DNA of 64,000 bases, from contig OX597814.1 of the NCBI GenBank assembly GCA_951406725.2, forward strand, positions 128,216,001 to 128,280,000. The letters are read 5' to 3'. The translations under genes were made by a program, and so were the position numbers. Below, piece after piece: positions 53,616-64,000 of this stretch; position 1 is the first letter of the stretch; every line of letters starts with the position of its first letter. The notes under the pieces are model-generated. The model was not told the DNA's origin. It ran no database searches and was given only the letters and a program-made list of their open reading frames with translations. Origin of the DNA: Octopus vulgaris. Its lineage: Eukaryota.

Positions 53616-55234
53616 TACAATGATAAAAGAGTTTTCATGCTAGTAATAGAATGATTAGTCTTCATTTCAATGATGTTCAAAAGAAAGCCATCTCACCAGT
53701 TTTGACAAATACTCACACATAAATGCACACACACATATGTATACATAAACAAACACAGAAACATACACAACATGCAGGGCCAGATTAAGACCCACAGAGG
53801 CCTTAAACACTTAAAAAATTTTGGTGCCACCATATGTGTGTGTGTGTGTGTGTGTGTCTGTGTGTCTGTGTGTCTGTGTGTAATTTTAAACACAAACAAT
53901 ACTAAACAAAATAAACAAAGCTAACTATAATATATGAAAAATAATGTTTATTTTTGTATACTTCCATTTAAATTACATTTGAAAAGATTTCTATTATCTT
54001 AATACCTATTTCTTTACTACCCACAAGGGGCTAAACACAGATAGGACAAACAAGGACAGACAAACGGATTAAGTCGATTATATCGACCCCAGTGCGTAAC
54101 TGGTCCTTAATTTATCGACCCCGAAAGGATGAAAGGCAAAGTCGACCTCTGCGGAATTTGAACTCAGAACGTAGCGGCAGACGAAATACCGCTAAGTATT
54201 TTACCCGACGTGCTAACGTTTCTTCCAGCTCGCCACCTTAATAGCAAAGTATTTGATCAGATCTTTAAAATTAATTGTACATAACACTTCTGCTTCTATA
54301 CTTGTTGCATAATTGTTCTCTCCAAGCTATCAATCATTGAGATTTGACATGTTAAGTACCATCTTAATCTCTTAAAATTGAAAATATGCCTTGGACAATG
54401 ATGGGATTCCATGGTTGGACAGTTTTTGATCATAGGCCTGTTTGATCAAGGCAATCCTGGGGATGAACAGCAACAACCACTACAAACAGCAGTTCACAGG
54501 CCATGAAGCTTTTCAGCTGTTATTTTATTCTCTTCTTGCCCACAAAACATAGTGTTTCTTTTTTTCTTTTTGTTTCTATCTTTGTGAAAAGAAGAACACA
54601 GGACAAAAACTTGTTTCAATAGACATTTTTTCAGTCAACTCCATATGATGAAAATAAATTGTTTGGGGGAAAAACAATAGCACTTCTTTTATTTTGGCAC
54701 ATCAGCTGAGTTCATTTTCTCTTTTGTGCAGCATGTAATATAAGACAGTTGCTGATTACACATGCACACACACACACACATGCATATATATGCATTTACA
54801 CCTCCTCTTTGCACACATATTCATATTTTCATAAAAACTCACACACAAACATGCATACATATACATAGAAATAAACAAATGCAAAAACATACACTATATG
54901 TATGCCATTCTTTCTTGTTAAGTTAGTCAAGAATAGGAAACTTATAAAAAAAAAGTTAGGAAACAAGAAATTATGGTGGAGTGGGGTGGGAAGAGAGGTT
55001 ATTAAGAGTGAGGAAGGAAACCCAAACTCTTGGAAAATGCATGCAAATGAAGAAATGTAAGAAATAATAGTTTTGTTAACTTCAAGAATTTTCTCCAGTA
55101 TAGATGGTCAATAAATTTGTTGGTTTATTTGTTTCACACACTTCAGGACAACATAGATAAACACATATATTACCATACAAACATGTGTGTACATTTGTGC
55201 ATGTGTATGTATATTTATATATATATATATATAT

Positions 55235-55314
<80 letters not shown>

Positions 55315-55329
55315 ACATATACATGTGTG

Positions 55330-55367
<38 letters not shown>

Positions 55368-56056
55368 ACTATTATTATTATTATTATATATTATCATAGT
55401 TGCTTTATCTCTGTAACTTACTAAGCTTTCTGGTTTGTTTATAAATATTATATGTAGTATTGGACAGTTAAAGTATATATTCATAAAATTTGGCTGAAAT
55501 TGATGGGTAAGCATTTGGCCCAATCAGATGTACAAGGAACCATGTAATTGTTGATATGTGGGTTCGATTCTGGCTTGGATTAGCTCATCATTTTTTAAAT
55601 CAATTCATCATCATCATCATCGTTTAACGTCTGTTTTCCATGTTGGTATGGATTAGACAGTTTGACTGGGGTCTGGGAAGCCAGGAGACTGTACCAGGCC
55701 CCAATCTGATCTGTTTGTTGTCTACACCACCTGTCTTCATCTTTTGTCTTTTTGTGAATTCTCCCCAATATGATCTGGCAGTGTTTCTACAGCTGGATGC
55801 TCTCCATAACACCAACCACTCTGAGAGTGTAGTGGGTGCTTTTTATGTGCCACTGGTACAGGGACCAGAGGAGCTGGCATCGGCCACGATCGGATAGTGC
55901 TGTTTACGTGCCACTGGCATGGAATTATTTATATGTAAACGTTACTTTAAATTAGGGTTATATTTATATATATAATATATGATATAATATTATTATTATC
56001 ATATATTATTATATAGTTATTATTCTTTTGCTTCTCTCCTTGTTTTTTCTGTGTCC

Positions 56057-56092
56057 CTTTCTGTAGAAGAGCGTAGACTCGAAACGTAAAAG
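56057..56092 (+). ncRNA. Minimal hammerhead-like motif in a (TA)n-ended Penelope-type tail
   Basis: cttt CTGTAGA a gag-cgtaga-ctc GAAA c GTA aaag; ACGT palindromic stem III; core has T instead of A at the fourth base. Confidence 0.6.
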
Positions 56093-56180
56093 ATTTTTTC
56101 TATTCCTGAGTGTTATACTAATACATCTGTTTATTTTGTACACCACCTGTCTTCGTCTTTTGTTTTTTTTCGAAAATTCT

Positions 56181-56224
<44 letters not shown>

Positions 56225-56470
56225 AAAATGCGATCACATGATTGATCAGACTATCAGATGTTGTTATACATTGCTGGTCATAATGTACTTTGCATCATTT
56301 TAGCTTTTGGATGATGCCACCCAGCTGGTTAAGTGAGCAGGTCAACATTGCCTTTCACTGGAAGGCAAGTCATTGCAGGGTTACCCATTTACAGCTGAGT
56401 GGACTGGAACAATGTGAAAGAAGTGTTTTGTTCAAGAACACAATGTGCAACCAATCTGGGAATTGAAACC

Positions 56471-59400
56471 TGTTATAATACGGATCCTCATCCACTTGTA
56501 TGATATTGTCAGCACTATAATATTATTGCTCCCACTATTATGTTGTGGCAGTATTCCATATCTTATTATCTTTGACTTGTCTATCATGCTATCACTGATA
56601 GCTCTGAAGACAATGACTCTGAAATGTCTACCTTGTTGGTAACTCGACCTCGTATATATTTCTTTACTACCCACAAGGGGCTAAACACAGAGAGGACAAA
56701 CAAGGACAGACAAACGGATTAAGTCGATTATATCGACCCCAGTGCGTAACTGGTACTTAATTTATCGACCCCGAAAGGATGAAAGGCAAAGTCGACCTCG
56801 GCGGAATTTGAACCCAGAATGTAACAGCAGACGAAATACGGCTATGTATTTCGCCCGGCGTACTAATGTTTCTGCCAGCTCGCTGCCCTCTCGACCTCGT
56901 ATATATCACATAACTGACACTGACTCCAGCTGAGAACTTGTACAATGACTCTACTACTATTGACTTCCTACAATGACTGACTGTCTGACTTTAACATGCT
57001 ACTTAGTTCCACAAATGTCTTCTGGCATTTTTCTGACCAAAACTATTTTGCATCCTTTTTTCACAGCTCGTTTAGTGGAGCCCTTGTGTGGCCCATATGT
57101 TTGGGATATATACTTGATAGTAATTTACCAAGCCTAAAAATGCTCATATCAATTTAAGGTTCATTGGGGGAGGCATATTCCATATAGCCATCACCCTTGA
57201 TGGGTCTGGCCTTCATCCCCTTTCATCAATTACTTGACTTAAATATTTGATTTTTTTACTCAAAAATTCACACTTTTCCCCTGTTAGTTTAAACCTGTAT
57301 TCATTTATTTTTCTGAATACATTTTTAATATGATTGAAGTGTTGCTCAGTTGACTCACTCTTTATCAAAATATCATTAAGATAAGCGATAGCAAAGTCAC
57401 AATCATTTAACATTGTGTCCATCACTTGGGAGCTGCTACTTTTATTCTAAAAGGAAGCTACTTGAATTTATACAATCTATGGTGTGTGTTGATTGTTAAA
57501 AGGTGTGCACAATCTTCAACCTGTATCTGCAGATAGTCCTCCATGAGGTCTATCTTTGAGAAACTTTTTTCCTCCATTTAGTTTTGAGAACACTTCTGGG
57601 CTTGGTAATGGATAGTTGTGTTTGACTAAACAGACATTTAATCCAGTTGAAAAGTATGCACCCACTCTTAGTTTATTATTTTTTTTTTACATAAATCGTC
57701 AGTGCTGCCCAGTCTAAATGGTTGACTTTTTCAATTATAGTTAGACAATCTAGTCTTTCTAGCTCTATATAGACCTGGTCCAACGCAGCAAACGGCATGT
57801 TCCATTTGGGCCTAAAAACAGGTGTTACCTTTTCTTTTACTGTGATCCTCACTTTTGTTTTAGTGCAACAACCTAATCCTTCCAAAAAACAGTTTTATAA
57901 TTTTTTTGTCTCAGTTGTTTGACTTCATTCAAACTTTTGTCCAGGTTGACTACATTTTCACAGAGAACACTAATGGAGGTAACCCACATTTTAAATAATT
58001 CCATGCATACTGTGTCAAATAGGTTTAGTAATTTTTTCAACACATAAATGATTGTCATTTTTGTTTCACCTCAAAAAGTTACATTGCAAACACATTCACT
58101 GACGAAATATAATTTCTTTCCTGTAAAATCAGATGCTACTTTATTTGATTTAAATAATTTCAGCTTACTGATTTGTCACCAAGTTTCATTATTTATGATA
58201 GTGATGTCACTACCCATGTCTAATTGCATTTTGACACTAGTGATTATGATTTTCACATTGAGAAATTTTCAGTTCATTGTACAAACGTTTTTCTCTGATG
58301 ACAAACTATTTTTTCTCATTTGGTCCAATTTTTGTCATCTTAGTTCTGCAGTGCAATTTAAGGTGTCCTGAGTTCCCACAATAAAAACACTTTACTTTTA
58401 TAAATGGACACTCTTTTCTCAGGTGCCTATCATTGCATACCATACATGGGTTTATCTCCTCTTGTATATTGTGTTTTTCATGAAACTCTTTATCCATCTT
58501 CAAACACTTCCACTTTGGTTTTATCTGTAAATAATCTCTGCATTGGATTTCTTCTGTGTTGTGCCTTACTTTTACATAATGCATGCTTCCGACAGTTTCT
58601 GGAGAGTTATATCCTGGTTCATTTCCAGCTTTGCGAGAATTTTCATTCTGACTTCTGTGTCCTTTTTAGAAGTAAGTCCCTGAGCAAAAACCAGGCACTT
58701 GAATCAGTCTGGTGTTAGTTTATCCAGTTTAAATCTCTCGCACTCTCTGTTCACTCAACCCACATATGTGGTAAAGTCTTTGTCATCGCTTTTCTCCATG
58801 TTCAAATATTTCCAACATGTGTTGAATAATGACATTTTTTCACTGAAATGTCAATAAAATGTCAATTGTATCCATGAAATTTATGTCAGAAACGTTTTTA
58901 GGCAATATAAAGTTACAGTATTTCTTATGCTCAGTCATCACCAGTTTCTTTAGAATTAGACTGGTTTTCATTTCCTTAATCCAGTGTTAGCATTCTTTTT
59001 CGAAAATTTGTTCAAATCTTTGGTAATATGCCTCAGAAGTGACTCCTTCTTCTGAGTCATATTTAAATTCATTTATTGAATTTGCTACATGGTCTGGCAA
59101 AATGTATTTTCTGGTTTTGTTACCAACTTCATTAGTTTTAGCATTTGTTGCTGTAACATTTGTTGTTGTTGTTGTTGTTTTCACAACTCAACTAGACCCC
59201 CTAACAAGTTTTCCATAATTTAACGGATTTTTCATAAAATATGTACAACAAAAATGTTTGTTACTCCTCTGTCAAGATTTTAATTTCTCCACGTGAAAAA
59301 TCTTTTGACGTCGTCCACGTGAATTGTTTATTTTCTCTGGAAAAAAAAATTTTCTTCAATGTTGTCTGCGTGAATTGTTTATATCCTCATAGCCACTGTT

Positions 59401-59732
59401 ATAATGTGGGTCCCTGTCCACTTGTATGTTACTGACAGCACTGTAATATTCTTGTTACCACTATCATGTTGTGGCGGTATTCCACATCTTATTATCTTTG
59501 ACTCGTATATCGTACCATTGCCAATAGCTCTGCAAGACAATGACTTTGAAATGTGTGCCTTGATGGTAACTCAAACTTGTATACATCACATAGCTGACCT
59601 TGACCCCAACTGAGAACTTATACAATGACTCTACTACTACTGACTTCTACAATGACTGACTGTCTGACTTTATAGTGGCTGGGTTATACCACTTTGTCAC
59701 ATAGGAAGGGGAGTACCATTTTCACTACAACA
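56471..59732 (-). mobile_element. Decayed Gypsy (Mag-like) LTR retrotransposon with internal deletion
   Basis: LTRs 59397-59732 and 56471-~56993 (TG..CA), TSD aaacc, PBS-like tggctatgagg, gag Zn knuckles (CMVCNDRHLRKEC, CFYCGNSGHLKLHC), RT remnant AYLNDILI; RNase H/integrase missing. Confidence 0.92.
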
Positions 59733-59950
59733 AAACCACAATCTCAAAATCGTTAGTGCAACACACCTAACTGCTAGGCTACACTCCTTCACATATATAT
59801 ATAAACATACACACACACACATAGTTGAGTAGGAAAATAAACAATAGTATCATTCAATACACTTTGTTAAAGCTGTATGTTTTTAATAACAGGCTGACTC
59901 AGCTCCATGTTATTTAGTTTTCTAGATGCAGAATACATCCAAATCCTCAG

Positions 59951-60603
59951 ATTTCACTAATTACAATAATAACCTTATTCAACAGAAAATTGTATAGTGA
60001 GATGGGGGAGTGACACTTAATTCATAAATTTTTTTTGTGGCAATTGTTGTGGAAACAGCATTAAAAACATTTTAAAAATTATATTTCATTCATTTAGGGA
60101 GAGATCATTTTGAGTTCCATTGGTCAGTTCAGGTCATGTGGCTATGCTCACATTCCTCTCACTGCACTTCATAAATGTTTTGAGGCACAGTCAAATGGTT
60201 AAGAAGTTTGCTTTTTAAATACAAGGCTTTGGGTTTAATCTCAAGTTGACCAAAGCATTGATGAGTGAAATTTGGAAACTGTGAGGCAATTTATCAAAAG
60301 GACTGTTCACATTCATAAACTGTGAACATAATTTTTCACATAGTTTATACTACCTCATGGTCATTGAGTGCCTTTTATGGAGTTTGATCTATTGTATGCA
60401 TTTGAACCAGATCTCAGAGGCACAGAAAAGAGCCAGGAATATGCCTCTATCCTCTCCCTAAATGAATGAAATATAATTTTTTAAATGTTTTTAATGCTGT
60501 TTCCACAGCAATTGCCACAAAAAAAATTATGTATTAAGAGTCACTTCCCCATCTCACTATACAATTTTCTATTGAATAAGGTTATTATTGTAATTAGTGA
60601 AAT
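59951..60603. repeat. Inverted repeat, ~152-bp arms with ~350-bp spacer
   Basis: 59951-60103 vs 60452-60603 reverse-complementary. Confidence 0.9.
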
Positions 60604-61009
60604 TTCTTCCAGCTTTACATTTTGAGTTGGAATTTTGCCAAGGTTGACTTAGCCAGTCATCTTTTTGAGGTTGATAAAATAAGTATTGGTTGAGTACTGT
60701 GGTCAAATAATTGACTTCCCCTTCTCCTCAAAATTGCTGGCCTTATGCCAAAATAAGAAAGGATCATCGCCATCATTATTGGAGTAGTGAGCTGGTAGAA
60801 TCATTCCCATTTCGGACCAAATGCTTTGCAAGATTTCTTCCAGCTCTTTACTTTTAGTGTTGAAGTCTGCCAGGGTTGATTTTGCTTTTTATCCTTTTGG
60901 GGGTTGATAAAATAAGATACAAGTTGAGCAGGAGAGTCAATGTAATTAACTTCCCCACTCATACTAAAATTGCTGGCTTTGTGCCAAGATTTGGCACCAT
61001 CATCATCCG

Positions 61010-61265
61010 CAGAGGCAAAGTGGCTGAGTTCCTTTCAAGCATTGGGCCTCATGGAGTGGATGAGTTCCTTTTGAGCATTGGGCCTCACGGAGGCAAAGTG
61101 ACTAAGTTCCTTTCGAGTCTTGGGCCTCACAGAGGTAAAGTGACTGAGTTCTTTTCGATCATTGGGCCTCGTGGAGACAAAGTGGCTGAGTTCCTATCGA
61201 GCATTGGGCCTCATGGAGTCAAAGTGACTGAGTTCCTTTCGAGTGTTGAGCCTCACAGAGGCAAT
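61010..61265 (+). repeat. 42-bp minisatellite (~6 copies) at the head of a GAT-tailed SINE
   Basis: Unit gaggcaaagtggctgagttcctttcgagcattgggcctcacg; 1-2 copies of the same unit at ~14370 and ~19080. Confidence 0.88.
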
Positions 61266-62492
61266 GACCGAGACCTTTGGTAATATGTCATGCTTAAGAA
61301 GAAGACCCATCAAGCCGAGCAAAATTATTGTCATGGCAGATACCAGTCTCATGCAAATGGCACCTGTGCCAGTAACATGTAAAAGCACTCATCACACTCT
61401 CGGAGTGGTTGGCATTAGGAAGGGTAATCCAGCTGTAGAAAGCATGCCAAATCAGACTGGAGTTTGATGCAACCTTCTAGCTTACCAACCCTGGTCAAAC
61501 CATCCAGCTCATGCCAGCATGGACAACAGACATTAAATGATGATGATGATGATGAAAAATGTATGGTGGCAAGCTGGCAAAACCATTAGCACACCAGGCA
61601 AAATGCTTAGTGACATTCCATCCATCTACATGTTCTAAGTTCAAATTCCACTGAGGTCGACTTTGCCTTTCATCCTTTGAGGGTCAATGAAATAAGTACC
61701 TGTAACACACTGGTGTCAATTTAATCAAGTTACCCCCTCTCCCACAACTTCAGGCCTTGTGCCTATAGTAGAAAGGATTATTATTATTATGAAAAGTATT
61801 TTTTGATAGGATCAGAGGGCACCATTCGTGCGTGATCATTACCAGTGTCGCCTTACTGGCACCTGTGGTGATGGCATGTGTAAAAAGATTCGAGCAGGGT
61901 CATTGCCGGTACCGTCTGACTGGCCTCTGTGCAGGTGGTACATAAAAAGCACCCATTACACTCTCGGAGTGGTTGGTGTTAGGAAGGGCATCCAGCTGTA
62001 GAAACTCTGCCAGATCAAGATTGGAGCCTGGTGCAGCCATCTAGTTTGCCAGCCCTCAGTCAAAATCGTCCAACCCATGCTAGCATGGAAAGCGGAGTTA
62101 AACGATGATGATGATGATGATGATCAAGCAAGTTTCAACTGTACCATCTGGTTTTCATCTCAGTGTTCCTGAAGTGTCTGCAGGATTGTATTCTTATGTT
62201 TGTGATGATTGAGGAAATATAAACTCTTTCTGTTGGTGTACTGCATCAGTTTGTTTTTTTATGAGATTTAGTTGCTTTTTTTCTTGTTATGTTAGTGTAT
62301 GTCCTGTTGTGTGTGGTGAGTGTAATGTGAGTTATATTAATTCATGGAGCCATAAAAAAATTAAATAAAATGAAATAAATTTGCCCATCTTTTACACAAA
62401 GACAAAACATCATGCATATGATAACACTTCCAATCAGTTAAGATCAGAAGCCATGAGAGCCAGTGCTTGGTACTGCATCAGAGCATTTATTA

Positions 62493-62527
<35 letters not shown>

Positions 62528-63018
62528 TTATTTATTTCTTTACTGCCCACAAGGGGCTAAACACAGAGGGAACAAACAAGGACAGACAAACGGATTAAGT
62601 CGATTATATCGACCCCAGTGCGTAACTGGTACTTATTTAATCGACTCTGAAAGGATGAAAGACAGTCAGCCTCAGCGAAATTTGAACTCAGAACATAGCG
62701 TCAGACGAAATACCGCTAAGCATTTCGCTTGGCGTGCTAACGTCTCTGCCAGCTCGCTGCCTTTATTGTTATTATTATTATTAAAGCAGCAAGCTGGCAG
62801 AATTGTTAGCATGCCAGGCAAAATTCTTCATGGTATTTCATTTGTTTTTACGTTTCTGAGTTTAAATTCTGTTGAGGACAACTTTGCCTTCCCTTGGTTT
62901 GGAGTTGATAAATTACCAATGAAACACTGGGGTCAATGTTATCGACTAGTTTCTCCCAAAAATTTCAGGCCTTATGCCTAAAGTAGAAAGGATTATTGTT
63001 ATTGTTAGTATTATTATG

Positions 63019-63053
<35 letters not shown>

Positions 63054-64000
63054 TATTATCAATAATATTAATATAGTTAGTTTTGTTTGTTTTTGTACGT
63101 ACCTGTGGTGGGTGTCACACTTCAAAGGAAGAGGTAAAAAGGTTGAAGGGACAGGTACAAAGAGAGGTACAAAGAGAAAGAGGTACAAAGTGAGAGAGAT
63201 GGGGACAGAGAGGGAGTGAGAGAGAGAGAATGAGCGGTGATTGAAAGGAAGAGGAAAAATGTATATCAGTATTTTCAGAGTAGACTGATACATACATCAA
63301 AAGAAAAGTAGATAAATAGACACATTGGTAAATTAAAGACAAATAACAACAGCAAATATTGGATGTCGCTTTCACTTTTCATTACCATGCTAGGATAAAA
63401 TTGACGTGAAAGTGGCTGAGTACTCCATAGACATGCATACCATCAACTTAGTTCTGAGAGAGATTCAGTCTCACACAGAATGTGACAAGGCTGGCCCCTT
63501 TGAATTACAGCTACTACTCATTTTGGCCATCAGAGTGGACTAGAGCAAGATAAACCTTCAAGTGGTTGGAAGAAAATGAAAAAAGATCCAATACAGGGGC
63601 ATGAAAATCTTTTTAGTCGTTAGGGTCACTATGGGTGTTAATCCGGTCTTAACAGTGGCCTATCTATCTGTCTGTCTGTTTTGTCTGTCTGATAGTTTTG
63701 TCTGTCTGACAGTTATTCTGTCTGTCTACCTCTCTCTCTCTGTCACCCTCTGTCTATCTGTCTCTCAGCAAATACCTGTGGATGTTACTGTTACTTTTAT
63801 ATACTTGAAGGGAGAGATAAAAATAAAAATAAGCAGAGAAGGTTTACTTGAAGTGAGCGGTAAAGCGAGAGAGAGAGAGGAGGGACAGAGAGTGAGTAAG
63901 ATAGATAGTGAGTGGTGACTGAAAGGAAGGTGACGTTTGTTTTGTGTTTTTAAATGTTTATCAGTATTATCAGAGCAGACAGATACATAACCACAACAAA

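Noticed and set aside
56598-56632. CTGAAGA..GAAA..GTC hammerhead-like text in the LTR
   Set aside because: No stem I or II pairing and not conserved in the other LTR.
60305-60360. Small hairpin as a possible hammerhead stem II
   Set aside because: No recognisable CUGANGA or GAAA core on either strand.
61010-61265. CRISPR-like repeat array
   Set aside because: Units are contiguous with no unique spacers, no cas genes, eukaryotic context.

Overview
AT-rich, microsatellite- and repeat-dense eukaryotic genomic DNA. The SINE families and microsatellite density point to an octopus/cephalopod genome (inference). Reading splice sites by eye reveals one minus-strand intron-rich gene that the ORF track largely misses. 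Nine phase-compatible coding exons (53163 down to 4785, 315 aa) plus two optional symmetric exons encode an ~8-TM membrane protein with FGWLEFKIVGA, LLKFD and NFNKGLK motifs, resembling UPF0658/DUF7789-type proteins; its first exon was not found in the window. The introns hold several tRNA-derived SINE families, four mariner remnants, a Gypsy LTR element with 5-bp TSD, RTE, CR1 and R4/Dong LINE fragments, two non-autonomous Helitrons, TTAA MITEs and a decayed Penelope-like (Naiad-type RT + GIY-YIG) element. The most striking signal is a set of short non-coding fold-back modules, mostly bounded by (TA)n, and four or five type I hammerhead-ribozyme motifs with palindromic stem III, including a 362-nt retrozyme-like repeat unit. 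All the hammerhead motifs seen are antisense to the host gene. All calls are from manual reading; no database search or folding was run.
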